Shown piece by piece: positions 51,248 to 60,283 of a DNA stretch of 64,000 bases. A program made the translations under genes and the position numbers. A model generated the notes under the pieces. It was not told where the DNA came from. It saw only the letters and a program-made list of their open reading frames with translations, and did not search any database. The DNA is taken from the IMG/VR virus record IMGVR_UViG_3300044821_000131, positions 124,001 through 188,000 of that record. One strand, written 5' to 3'. Positions within the stretch are counted from its first letter, which is position 1. Each line of letters begins with the position of its first letter.

Positions 51248-51372
51248 GTGTTATAAGTATTTGAACAGGATATGTTTAGATATTGACCTATTTGCCCTAT
51301 TTTAACCTAGGGCAATTGGGTTAGTTCTTTGAGTGCTGCTGTCGGGTACGACTGACGGCAGCACTCAAGGAG
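51248..51372 (+). promoter_or_regulatory. extended -10 promoter with a two-hairpin structured leader
   Basis: TGTTATAAG(51249-51257); hairpins 51285-51322 and 51325-51372. Confidence 0.45.
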
Positions 51373-51448
51373 TTACTTCCTTGTCAACAAACCAACAAAA
51401 CAAAAACAACGGCAACCGCGCGGCCGACAACAGTGCGATAGAAAACCT

Positions 51449-51655
51449 ATGGCTAAAGCTCAACAATCAAAATCGAGTAATCGTGCAACTGGCAAACACA
51501 TAGTGAAGCAGGCGACTTCACCGCACTGGGTTGAACCCTGCAAATTACCCTCGTTAGCCGAAGACCTGTCAACACGGGTTTCGCTGTTCGAGTATGTAGT
51601 CGCCAACGTTCAAAACAGCTGCACATTAACCGGAATAGCAGGGTACAGCGAATAA
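51449..51655 (+). CDS. hypothetical small protein
   Basis: 68-aa ORF with an A-rich start context. Confidence 0.45.
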   Translation: MAKAQQSKSSNRATGKHIVKQATSPHWVEPCKLPSLAEDLSTRVSLFEYVVANVQNSCTLTGIAGYSE

Positions 51656-51661
51656 AATACT

Positions 51662-52267
51662 ATGCGAACAATAACCGCGGTCGTTCCCATTTCCGGAGTT
51701 CCCAAGAATGGGGTGTTCTCAGTCGAAGGCGCGGAGAGACTTAAAAATGGTCTCGTGCATATATTGATTGACGTGGGACCTACTCCGGAAGCTTGGAGAA
51801 CTTGGAAAGTGAATGCCACAGTGTCAATCGCTTCACGGCTCTTGACACTACGTGCACCAGCTACCATCAACGACATACTGTTTGAGATCTGGTCGGACGA
51901 TTTGGTCAAAGCCGACGTCGGCGTCACTATCGAAGTTGAGGACTCAGTTTTCAACAATCTGCAAAAACGGCTGGCCGTTGAAAGCAAAGTGCCAGACTGG
52001 GTGATCGGGTACTTGAATGCGTCCTTTCGTTTCAACGAGAATCCTTTAAGGTTCTTACGCAAGATATTCGGTGGTGTATGGAAGTTCGAACACGGCAAGG
52101 ACCAGGGACACTTCTCGTCGGTGTATTGGAATGATGTGAAAATTTGGTCCGGGCTTACGAACTCGGCCGTCGTTCCGATAACGACGTCTACGATTGAGTC
52201 CGACAAGACCATGCGACGAATCGAATACACCAGCATGGGTCCGACTTTGGTTGATAATAACCGCTGA
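51662..52267 (+). CDS. hypothetical protein
   Basis: 201-aa ORF. Confidence 0.6.
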   Translation: MRTITAVVPISGVPKNGVFSVEGAERLKNGLVHILIDVGPTPEAWRTWKVNATVSIASRLLTLRAPATINDILFEIWSDDLVKADVGVTIEVEDSVFNNLQKRLAVESKVPDWVIGYLNASFRFNENPLRFLRKIFGGVWKFEHGKDQGHFSSVYWNDVKIWSGLTNSAVVPITTSTIESDKTMRRIEYTSMGPTLVDNNR

Positions 52268-52301
52268 CATCGGATCGGACAGTTAAGATCAAACTTACAA
52301 C

Positions 52302-52336
52302 CGGCAGGAGGCTTACAACCTCCTGCCGAACTTTTA
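52302..52336 (+). terminator. putative terminator hairpin
   Basis: perfect 10-bp stem CGGCAGGAGG/CCTCCTGCCG, 7-nt loop, then AACTTTT. Confidence 0.6.
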
Positions 52337-52432
52337 ATTAAATGCCGAGCAGACTGGTTCTGGTTCGGCCGAGCTTCTACGCAAAGAATTTCAAATTTTT
52401 TATCTATTGGGTCTTCCAACTGAAAGGGATAC

Positions 52433-52714
52433 ATGAAGTTGACCAGAAAGCAACTCAACAAAATTCTAAAGCACACAGACATGTTTACAGTCGATGGCAT
52501 AATGCACTTGGCTACATACAAGTACATACCGAAGGACAGTTATGACCGGGCACTTGTAGGATCGCCAATAATGCCAACTCAGCGCTCTCACAACGAGAGC
52601 TTTGCTCTACGGTTATTACTTGACGCGTACGTCGTAGCAGAGAACACACTGGACGTGTGCGGAACTAAAATCAAATTTTTCACATGGCAAGAATTATCAT
52701 TAGCACCAAGTTAA
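52433..52714 (+). CDS. hypothetical small protein
   Basis: 93-aa ORF with AAAGGG upstream. Confidence 0.55.
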   Translation: MKLTRKQLNKILKHTDMFTVDGIMHLATYKYIPKDSYDRALVGSPIMPTQRSHNESFALRLLLDAYVVAENTLDVCGTKIKFFTWQELSLAPS

Positions 52715-53088
52715 AGGCTCGTCGCGCAAGCTTTATGCCGGCAGGAGTGCCGAAGTATGTGCGATGTTATGATAATGGAGGTGAGACATGGGATCGGTAC
52801 ACTGTGGTGTATACGGGGAAATACAGAACGACGCTGCCTGCGCCGCTACGAAGAGACTACGGCCCAAAGCGTTGGTTCCAATATGTCGGCATGTCGGAGT
52901 CCCCCTTTCATCCGCAGGGGTTCGGTCAACACGGGGAAAGCGTCAATCAAATAGACTTGAACAAATGGGGTTTCGCTCCGGCCATCGGTCGCAAGAACCA
53001 TCTCGGCACGAGGATACCGTTTAAGAAGTTGCCCGAAGATTGTAGAAAACTCGTAATACAAGATTACCGAGATATTTGGTCGCTATGA
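52684..53088 (+). CDS. phage hypothetical protein
   Basis: YDNGGETWDRYTVV..PFHPQGFGQHGE..HLG motif set; overlapping-operon arrangement. Confidence 0.7.
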   Translation: MARIIISTKLKARRASFMPAGVPKYVRCYDNGGETWDRYTVVYTGKYRTTLPAPLRRDYGPKRWFQYVGMSESPFHPQGFGQHGESVNQIDLNKWGFAPAIGRKNHLGTRIPFKKLPEDCRKLVIQDYRDIWSL

Positions 53089-53693
53089 AAACGTTCGTTA
53101 ATAAGAAGACTGGAAATCGTTACCCGGAAAGCGGCGTGGTCTCTTGGTTCCATCCAGCTTGGAGTCAAAAATTGAGGGGGGACTCGGCGCAGGTCTCCAG
53201 CAAGGTACGTTGGGAGCATCACATTAAGCCAGGATATCCGGAATGTACGCATGGCTGGAAGACGCTAAAGAAAAAAGAGTGGTCCGAGGAAGACATTCCG
53301 GATTTGGAGGAACCCTTTACAAAAGAACAATGGCTGGCCTATGCTGACAAGTATGGAGACATGTGCGCGATGCAGTTCTTGAATACTTGCGCTTACATGA
53401 AACCACGTGAAGCATTTCGGCTGCGCCATCCACCTAAGAATGAGGAGAAGTGGTACGATCCTGACACAACAGCTTGGTTTAAAAGAATATTTAAACGAGA
53501 ACATAATGATTTTCTGGACGGTTATTTAATGTGGTACGGCAACACGTACAGCCTGGACATACTAAAATTTGAAAATCATCTAGCCAGAGAATTTGGCTAT
53601 CCGATGCACGAAGACGGCAGCATGAAAGACTTTATGATAAAAACATTCGGCGAAGCCGAGACCGACAAATTTGAACTTCTGTTTCTTACATAA
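53085..53693 (+). CDS. hypothetical protein
   Basis: ATGA overlap at 53085. Confidence 0.6.
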   Translation: MKTFVNKKTGNRYPESGVVSWFHPAWSQKLRGDSAQVSSKVRWEHHIKPGYPECTHGWKTLKKKEWSEEDIPDLEEPFTKEQWLAYADKYGDMCAMQFLNTCAYMKPREAFRLRHPPKNEEKWYDPDTTAWFKRIFKREHNDFLDGYLMWYGNTYSLDILKFENHLAREFGYPMHEDGSMKDFMIKTFGEAETDKFELLFLT

Positions 53694-53695
53694 CA

Positions 53696-54082
53696 ATGAG
53701 CCTTAACACTGATGAGATTGAACCGGCGATTCGAGATATGCACTTTAACGGTCCTAGTACCATGCCGGGAGGAATTGACCTGCTGTGTCCCAATTGCACA
53801 TCGGTCAGTTTCGGAGCATTCGAGATATGGTATTCATACAAGACGCCGGTCGCCTTTAGAATAGGTGAGAATTGGAGAGTGGTGTCACAGAACTACTGGA
53901 GTAGTACCACCGGCAGACACTTAACGTTGATTGACGGTGGATCCAAAGAGGCCAAGAAATCCAGGGTGGATGATGCCACGTTCAACCGGCTGTGGAATGA
54001 GCAATTCGGAAAAGTGGTGCCGAAGGGCCAGGTTGTACCAAAGATAGATTCGTTCATGAGCCGAAATTTAGGGCTTGATTAA
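53696..54082 (+). CDS. phage hypothetical protein
   Basis: WYSYKTPVAF..WSSTTGRHL motif. Confidence 0.65.
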   Translation: MSLNTDEIEPAIRDMHFNGPSTMPGGIDLLCPNCTSVSFGAFEIWYSYKTPVAFRIGENWRVVSQNYWSSTTGRHLTLIDGGSKEAKKSRVDDATFNRLWNEQFGKVVPKGQVVPKIDSFMSRNLGLD

Positions 54083-54111
54083 ATGAGAACCAGTCGGCTA
54101 AAGTTCGGCCG

Positions 54112-54345
54112 ATGCAGCCCCGATACCAAGTCAAGTTCATTCAGAACAAAAAGCGCGAGCGCATCTGTATCATCATTCACCGTAACGGCCACGTGGTGCT
54201 GCAATCTGCCAGCGGCTACCGCCGACTCAACAAGGCGGTGCGAAGCGTGAAGCGATTCCTGAATGCCCTGGCTAAAGGGGACTATGTGTTCGATGTAGAA
54301 CGAGTTCCGCTGGGAAGACCGGTTGGAACCAAGAAGAAGCGGTAG
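54112..54345 (+). CDS. YegP/DUF1508-like small basic protein
   Basis: RNGHVVLQSASGYRRLNKAVRSVKRF matches the NG.ii..SegY....a...i pattern. Confidence 0.5.
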   Translation: MQPRYQVKFIQNKKRERICIIIHRNGHVVLQSASGYRRLNKAVRSVKRFLNALAKGDYVFDVERVPLGRPVGTKKKR

Positions 54346-54376
54346 ATCACCTATTTCCTTTAGCCATCAGCCGCGG

Positions 54377-56212
54377 CTATCCTGAATACGCTCCCGGGAG
54401 ATTGTAGTTGAAGTTTCCTCGTAACATCGACTCCAGCCGTAGCTTCATGCTGAGATCACTGAACATCGGCTCGCCAATCATAATCTTGCCAAGCATGTAA
54501 GCGTAGTTGAGGGCCTGCAGCGTGTCGTTCGGACGACTGGCACTAGCGCGATAAATAAACGTGTTAGTGCCAGCGTTCCCCGCCTTCTCACCCGGCGCGC
54601 GATACATGTTGAGACAGTCCGTCAAATACTCCTCAGCGTACTCCCAAGAGAAACAGCGTATACGCTTCTGGCGTATAGCATCGAAGGTGAAAGACAATGA
54701 TTCTGTTTTGTTGAGCGACCATTGATTATAGATGTGCGGTCCTTTTGGTTCAGATATGAGGGCTGTAGCGGGACCGACGTAGTTAAAGATAAGATGTTTC
54801 TCCGGCTGAATAAATTCTCGCAATTTGCTATTGTAGACTGCGCCAACACCGAAATCTGAGGCCAAGGCAAATCCCATGTGCTGCTTCCATTCCCGTATGA
54901 TGGTACCAATGATGTCGTCGTAGTTCATACCGGTAAAGCGACTCATATGCAGAATGTCAAAGAGTCCGTTTGAAGTGATACCAAGTACGACATGTACGGT
55001 CGTACTGATCTTAGTGTGAGACATAGGTTGGTAGTCACTGCCACCCCAGTCACAACCAGACACGATGTATTGATATTTTTTTGCTTGGGCGTTACGCTTG
55101 AGCAGCCCAACGTCCTTACCGAGCGTGCAGATGTCTTGTAGTTGTTGCCGAGTTATTTCACGCTCACCTTCTTCGGTTGGGACACCAAGAATTTCCTGCA
55201 GGAACTTTCGATAATCGCCTTTGTTCTTCCGCTCATAGATCTTGGACCAGCGATAAGGATTCTGGATAACGGACGGTACGATCAACTGAGGAATGTGAAA
55301 GCCATACTTCTTGGCTTCAAACGCCTGCATGTTGGAATGAAGAAATCTACCAGCGCGAACGTTCAGGAGCTTTCCACATTTGGCACAGCAAGGTCCCTCC
55401 GGTTGAATCATGTCCATCACGCCATGTTCCGGGAGTGGAATGTTCTCGTGACCGGACGGGCAGGTCATGACCCATACGCCACCTGAAGACTCTCCGTACT
55501 TCTTCTCAAGAAACGTGTCGGTGGTGAGCGAGGTGCCGGCGTAAAAAGTGATCGGGTATTCCGAGGCCGATTGTACCTGCTCGACTTCGATTTCCAGATC
55601 GGGATCGAAGTCCTGACTTTCATCGAATAAGATTTCATCGGAACTTTTGCCGCGTACATTAGACGCACTACTGAGCACGTAGGCGAGTTCGATCTTCGAT
55701 CCGTTCGCAAATTCTTTCAAGTGAAGATTCTGTCGGAGTTTGTAGTCCGGCTTGTAGTCCAGCTGCGCGCGCACCATTTCTTGTAAACGGTTGGCATAGG
55801 TCTCAAGCTGTTGACTGCGAGGACTGATGTACAGACTGGAGAATCCTGGGAACAGGCGTGTCAATAGGAGTTGACGCGCGGCGAAACTTGTGGATTTACT
55901 GATCTGTCGAGACCCCCGCAACACGGTGAACCCGCCGAGATGAATATTAAAGATTTGAAACGAAAAACCGTAATCACTAAACAGGAGCGGACGGTCTTTC
56001 GGGTAGCGCGGCCAGTAAAAACCGGTTAAGAACACCATGTTGAAATTGCAGAATTTCAAGAAATCCATCAAGGCGTCATTGAACTCCCGGGCGCCGGCAG
56101 CACTTATTTTTGATCGTTCGTAGAGGCCGGACAGTTCATTGCTGCGCGTGACGAGCTGGTGCCGAAACTCACCATCAGTGCGAAGTTTATAATCGAGGTC
56201 GAGATAAGGCAT
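54377..56212 (-). CDS. terminase large subunit
   Basis: RGSRQISKST (Walker A-like), VRGKSSDEILFDESQD (Walker B), AGTS coupling motif, Zn ribbon CPSGH..CAKC, nuclease GCDWGG and PND. Confidence 0.85.
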   Translation of the reverse strand: MPYLDLDYKLRTDGEFRHQLVTRSNELSGLYERSKISAAGAREFNDALMDFLKFCNFNMVFLTGFYWPRYPKDRPLLFSDYGFSFQIFNIHLGGFTVLRGSRQISKSTSFAARQLLLTRLFPGFSSLYISPRSQQLETYANRLQEMVRAQLDYKPDYKLRQNLHLKEFANGSKIELAYVLSSASNVRGKSSDEILFDESQDFDPDLEIEVEQVQSASEYPITFYAGTSLTTDTFLEKKYGESSGGVWVMTCPSGHENIPLPEHGVMDMIQPEGPCCAKCGKLLNVRAGRFLHSNMQAFEAKKYGFHIPQLIVPSVIQNPYRWSKIYERKNKGDYRKFLQEILGVPTEEGEREITRQQLQDICTLGKDVGLLKRNAQAKKYQYIVSGCDWGGSDYQPMSHTKISTTVHVVLGITSNGLFDILHMSRFTGMNYDDIIGTIIREWKQHMGFALASDFGVGAVYNSKLREFIQPEKHLIFNYVGPATALISEPKGPHIYNQWSLNKTESLSFTFDAIRQKRIRCFSWEYAEEYLTDCLNMYRAPGEKAGNAGTNTFIYRASASRPNDTLQALNYAYMLGKIMIGEPMFSDLSMKLRLESMLRGNFNYNLPGAYSG

Positions 56213-56226
56213 TGCCCAAATTTTTG

Positions 56227-56255
56227 TTGATAAATGCGAACCAGCGTGTTAAACA
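56227..56255 (+). promoter_or_regulatory. sigma70-like promoter (leaderless geometry)
   Basis: TTGATA-N17-TAAACA-N6-ATG(56262). Confidence 0.45.
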
Positions 56256-56261
56256 CATCTC

Positions 56262-56795
56262 ATGGCCGATACAGATAATGCGACCCAGTCGCCGACACCG
56301 CAAGTCCAAACTGAGACACCGGCACCCGCCTTACCTGAAACGCCAGACCCCGCCGACCTCCGTCCGCCACCTAAAATAAACATAAGGCTTAGACGCCAAT
56401 GCCCAGTGGAACCTCCGACTAATGTCACAAACGTCGTCGACGAGTCTTTGACCTCAGACGAACTTCATGCCCGTGTCACCATCGAAATTTGGAGTCGAAA
56501 CGAGAAGATCTACAGTGCACCACCCAGAAAATTTGATCATCCATACGGGGCGCGCCAAGACATGAAACAGGTGAGTTACGAAGAATTTCGAGACTGGTTG
56601 AAAGGTGTGGTCAAGACAGCGCAGACGATTTACTACGAATGGTGTGGCAAGGCACCGGTGGTTCCAACACCAGAAGTGAAGCCTCCAGCGGGCGCAGCAC
56701 CACAAGATCAGTATTCACTGAGCGCTATTACCAAGAACCCACCGAATATGTCTGCCGCCGTACCGCCTGTTGTACCAGAAGCCTTACCTAAATAG
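56262..56795 (+). CDS. hypothetical Pro-rich protein
   Basis: 177-aa ORF divergent from the terminase. Confidence 0.6.
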   Translation: MADTDNATQSPTPQVQTETPAPALPETPDPADLRPPPKINIRLRRQCPVEPPTNVTNVVDESLTSDELHARVTIEIWSRNEKIYSAPPRKFDHPYGARQDMKQVSYEEFRDWLKGVVKTAQTIYYEWCGKAPVVPTPEVKPPAGAAPQDQYSLSAITKNPPNMSAAVPPVVPEALPK

Positions 56796-56830
56796 TAGTT
56801 CCGACAAATAATTAACGAGCAAAATAATCA

Positions 56831-57085
56831 ATGAAAGTTTTCGTGACGAAATATGCCTTGACCCAAGGCATCACAGAAGCAGAAGTCGATCGATCGCCCT
56901 TGCATCCGGACATGGTGTGCTCAAGTGCTACAAAAACATGGGATCGGTCTTATTATCACGGCGAGGGTAAAGAATGGCACCAGACGCGCAGTGCCGCGGT
57001 CGAACAGGCCGAGAAGCTTCGACTGAATAAAATCCGCTTGCTGAAACAGCGCATCAAACAATTGGAGACTATGGAATTCAAATGA
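56831..57085 (+). CDS. phage hypothetical protein
   Basis: MKVFVTKYALTQGI start and coiled-coil end. Confidence 0.7.
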   Translation: MKVFVTKYALTQGITEAEVDRSPLHPDMVCSSATKTWDRSYYHGEGKEWHQTRSAAVEQAEKLRLNKIRLLKQRIKQLETMEFK

Positions 57086-57393
57086 CAGGCAAAAAATCTG
57101 ACCGCCGGTACAAAACTGATTACCGCTTCGGTCTAATAGGTTCGCAGCTAGGTCTCTTCTTCACTCTGACACTCGACGGTAAAAAGGATTTTGAGCGTGC
57201 CGTCACCACGGCGCGAGAAATGTTGAGCCAGTATAACGTTGGCAGTCTAAATCTGAGCGACACGTCTATTGGTGTCGGCTCTGGATTCCAACAGGTGGAA
57301 CTTCACATCCACGAGAAAAATGTGAATCATGAACACATAATCGATTCGAAAACTTATGTCGATAAAAGCACCGAACCTCCTGCTGTTCACTGA
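57082..57393 (+). CDS. hypothetical protein
   Basis: ATGA overlap. Confidence 0.6.
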   Translation: MTGKKSDRRYKTDYRFGLIGSQLGLFFTLTLDGKKDFERAVTTAREMLSQYNVGSLNLSDTSIGVGSGFQQVELHIHEKNVNHEHIIDSKTYVDKSTEPPAVH

Positions 57394-57904
57394 CGGCTCA
57401 GGACACGCCGACGGCTTTGGTGGTTACGCCGCCTACGTAAAGACTGCCGACGACCTGGTGAAGCATTTCTGCATGGGTTCATGTTCGGACACGAGCGTCG
57501 ACAGAATGGAGTTCACGGCCTTGATCGAGGGTCTTAGGATGGCCATGGAGATGTGGATGCGATTCCCCGAAGCTTGGGAGAATGCCATGTCTGATAATCC
57601 TGTGCTGCGAAAACCAAGAGTGCTATGGCACAGTGATCGAGAATCACTAGTGCTATCTGTGAAGAATGTGTATGCGCGCGACAATTGTCCTGATCTATGG
57701 GCAGCGTTTGCGCATTTCGAGTCTGTGATGGAGATCGAGGCCAGGCATGTGACGGAGCCATTTACGGACACGGTGTCCGAGTTTGTCGAGGTCGACCTGC
57801 AATCAAGTACTGGACGTGATATGATGAAGAACTACTATCGTCAGACGCCGTTGAGGTGTGACGAGGAGCTACTCAAAAAACGAATTAAGAAAACAAAAAC
57901 ATGA
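57356..57904 (+). CDS. ribonuclease HI-like protein
   Basis: LFTDGS, GGYAA, RMEFTALIEGL, WHSD, N.DLW motifs. Confidence 0.8.
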   Translation: MSIKAPNLLLFTDGSGHADGFGGYAAYVKTADDLVKHFCMGSCSDTSVDRMEFTALIEGLRMAMEMWMRFPEAWENAMSDNPVLRKPRVLWHSDRESLVLSVKNVYARDNCPDLWAAFAHFESVMEIEARHVTEPFTDTVSEFVEVDLQSSTGRDMMKNYYRQTPLRCDEELLKKRIKKTKT

Positions 57905-58197
57905 GAAGAATCGAGTGGAAACTGGTACAGCACCGCCGACCACACCTTGGGTTTGGAGTCCATGTTACGCTACCTAATGGCGGTCAAAGTGACGAAATCG
58001 CATTCGTTTGTTGCCCAGGAAACGAAGAAGCCACGGTGGCGTATGCCAAACTGATCGTCGCGGCGCCGGAGCTGTTGGCGGCGTGCAAGGCGTTGCTGGA
58101 CTGTCCGGCGATGAACTTGGACAACGTGGAGCCGGCAGACTGTGCGGCGTTTAATTGCGCCCAGGCAGTCGTTGCCAAAGTGGAAGGAAAAGTATGA
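57901..58197 (+). CDS. phage hypothetical protein (AxLIxAAPxLL type)
   Basis: YAKLIVAAPELLAAC. Confidence 0.65.
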   Translation: MRRIEWKLVQHRRPHLGFGVHVTLPNGGQSDEIAFVCCPGNEEATVAYAKLIVAAPELLAACKALLDCPAMNLDNVEPADCAAFNCAQAVVAKVEGKV

Positions 58198-58511
58198 GCG
58201 CAAAACACACACCGGGCGATTGGTTGGTGGCCTATAACCGCAACACTGGCCGCGCAAAATTAGAAGTTTTGGGGCGCAATGGCCAGATCTGCGTTGCTGC
58301 TGAATTGGGCGATGGACCTGAAGCTGAAGCGAACGCCAAGCTGATCGCCGCCGCGCCTAAGTTGCTGAAAGCGCTTAATGCTATTATTAAAACTTGCAAT
58401 GCCGGAGTTATCATCCGGTACGAAACCGAAAAACCACAATGGTCCGCGTTGGATCACATAGAGTCGGTTGCTCGCGGCGCCATTGCCAAAGCTGTAGGTG
58501 AAAAACCATGA
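58194..58511 (+). CDS. phage hypothetical protein (AxLIxAAPxLL type)
   Basis: KHTPGDW..EANAKLIAAAPKLL. Confidence 0.7.
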   Translation: MSAKHTPGDWLVAYNRNTGRAKLEVLGRNGQICVAAELGDGPEAEANAKLIAAAPKLLKALNAIIKTCNAGVIIRYETEKPQWSALDHIESVARGAIAKAVGEKP

Positions 58512-58741
58512 GTCCAAAAGACATCAAGGTTGGAAAAACCTATTACAATCGCGGACAGGGCAAAACCACACGCACCGTCTTGGAAATAGCAGACAAACAC
58601 CGGCCAGAATATTGGTACGGAGAAAGGGCTCCTACCGACCCGGGAGTGTTGTATAAGCAAGGATCTCGTGAGCGAACCTTGTACCTATCCAGCTTTGCTA
58701 AATGGGCCGGAGGAGTATCATCGGAGGTAGTGACGTCATGA
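58508..58741 (+). CDS. hypothetical small protein
   Basis: DIKVGKTY motif; ATGA overlaps. Confidence 0.65.
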   Translation: MSPKDIKVGKTYYNRGQGKTTRTVLEIADKHRPEYWYGERAPTDPGVLYKQGSRERTLYLSSFAKWAGGVSSEVVTS

Positions 58742-58992
58742 GACCTAACTGTAGTTGCCCGGTAACCCATGACGGAGTGAACCCGGATTCAAGATACACG
58801 ATTAGCCCAGAGTCTTGTGGGTTTGTTGTGCGATTCAATGGGAGGCAGATAGGCGAGTCCAAGTTTTATGCTTCGGCCGCCATACTGGCGATCGGTCACA
58901 ATTCGGCCCGCAAAGGAAATAACATAATCGTTGAAAAATCTCGACAAGCACAACTCACTCAACAGATGGGTTGTGGAAAGGAGACTATATGA
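58738..58992 (+). CDS. hypothetical small protein
   Basis: ATGA overlap; GGAGG upstream. Confidence 0.55.
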   Translation: MRPNCSCPVTHDGVNPDSRYTISPESCGFVVRFNGRQIGESKFYASAAILAIGHNSARKGNNIIVEKSRQAQLTQQMGCGKETI

Positions 58993-59237
58993 CTGAATTA
59001 ACCACCCGCATCGGTGAATTACTGCCCAATCTGGACGCGATGGATATTGATGACATGCCAGTGATGCGGCAGGAGTTGATCGTGTTGTCGGTCGGCATCC
59101 GCGCTCTGGCCAGCTATGCCGAGGCGAAGCAAGAAGCGATGGTTTATCGGCTGGCTGGCAACATCGACTTGGCCCAGCGTATCGAAACCCACTGCGAATC
59201 ACTCTATCACAAACTGCCCGATTGGGCGAAATGGTAA
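58989..59237 (+). CDS. hypothetical small protein
   Basis: AAGGAG upstream of ATG 58989; ends LPDWAKW. Confidence 0.65.
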   Translation: MTELTTRIGELLPNLDAMDIDDMPVMRQELIVLSVGIRALASYAEAKQEAMVYRLAGNIDLAQRIETHCESLYHKLPDWAKW

Positions 59238-59246
59238 GCACAAGAT

Positions 59247-59537
59247 ATGAAACAAATAGAGGCTACACCAGACCGTCCGTTTTTCAGTGTAGGATACCAG
59301 TACGCTCGTAATCCAAGCACGGTTTATTCTTTCAACAGTTACTTTGAAGTTACCGGGGATAAGCGTCGAGCCACGATGTCTGGAACCGACGATGCAGCCT
59401 TGGCCAAGCGGTGCGCTGATTATTGCGTAACGCAACCCGGTGTGAAATTCGCTTGGGTACATAAAACAGAGGATTGCTACAACCACAAAGAAGTCTACAA
59501 GACTGAGCGACAGAATGAGTTCAACGCAACAACCTGA
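59247..59537 (+). CDS. hypothetical small protein
   Basis: 96-aa ORF in operon. Confidence 0.55.
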   Translation: MKQIEATPDRPFFSVGYQYARNPSTVYSFNSYFEVTGDKRRATMSGTDDAALAKRCADYCVTQPGVKFAWVHKTEDCYNHKEVYKTERQNEFNATT

Positions 59538-59967
59538 ATGGAAATTAGTGGCGCAGCTCGGCGATGTTAATCCAATCGAGCACGGTGGTTACTTCGTGTT
59601 CGAAGATCTGACCGGCGTCTATGCACCAGAAGGTGAAACGGTGCGACGCACATTTGAAGACAAATTTGAGATACATAGGTTCATACTAGAGCCCTGTACC
59701 TATATTAACGGAGTGCTGTCTGATAATAAATATCATCCGGAGACCCCGGTTTGGTTCGCTGACTCAATAGGCGCTGTTTCAAGTTGGGCCGGCGTGGTAC
59801 CGGTTGAATTTATAGCCGCGCTAACCGGAGACAACATAGTGGATAAAGCCAGGGCTTGGTATGATGTTGGGTCGTACTTTGGTTTTTTCGAATTGGACTC
59901 ATATCCCCTCATCATGAGCCGGGAGGAAGTGGAGGCTCGTTACGCGAAGGCAAAATATAATCTCTAG
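59515..59967 (+). CDS. phage hypothetical protein
   Basis: LGDVNPIEHGG..ELDSYP motifs. Confidence 0.65.
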   Translation: MSSTQQPEWKLVAQLGDVNPIEHGGYFVFEDLTGVYAPEGETVRRTFEDKFEIHRFILEPCTYINGVLSDNKYHPETPVWFADSIGAVSSWAGVVPVEFIAALTGDNIVDKARAWYDVGSYFGFFELDSYPLIMSREEVEARYAKAKYNL

Positions 59968-60061
59968 TCCGAACGGTCAGATTCTCACAGATTGGCAGCG
60001 GCTGGAATATTTACATTGGCGAACGCAAATTGATTATTGCAACAATCAACATAAATCTGAC

Positions 60062-60283
60062 ATGAAGCTAAATGCTAAAGTTGTAGCGACGTCCATTCTT
60101 TCTCAGCGATGGACAAAATCAACGGAAGCCAAACCCACGAAAGACAAGGCTTTTACCGTAGCGATCTTCGGCACGGGTATAGGTATTCGTCCGTGTAACG
60201 CGATCGGACGTACTGGTACAGAAGCGCATCAGGTGGCTCAACATATTATTGATCTGCACAATGACAATTTAACGCATGAATGA
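60062..60283 (+). CDS. hypothetical small protein
   Basis: 73-aa ORF. Confidence 0.5.
   Translation: MKLNAKVVATSILSQRWTKSTEAKPTKDKAFTVAIFGTGIGIRPCNAIGRTGTEAHQVAQHIIDLHNDNLTHE

Noticed and set aside
52338-52372. Partial similarity (TAAATGCCGAGCAG, GTTCGGCCGA) to the 54075-54112 promoter region
   Set aside because: Matches are 10 nt or shorter and lack promoter geometry; they may be chance
51237-52432. tRNA genes in intergenic gaps
   Set aside because: No cloverleaf or T-arm GTTCRA consensus in a tRNA context was found
51610-52527. 305-aa minus-strand ORF, and similar long antisense ORFs such as 6111..7262
   Set aside because: They overlap better-supported + strand genes and a terminator hairpin, and have no recognisable motifs
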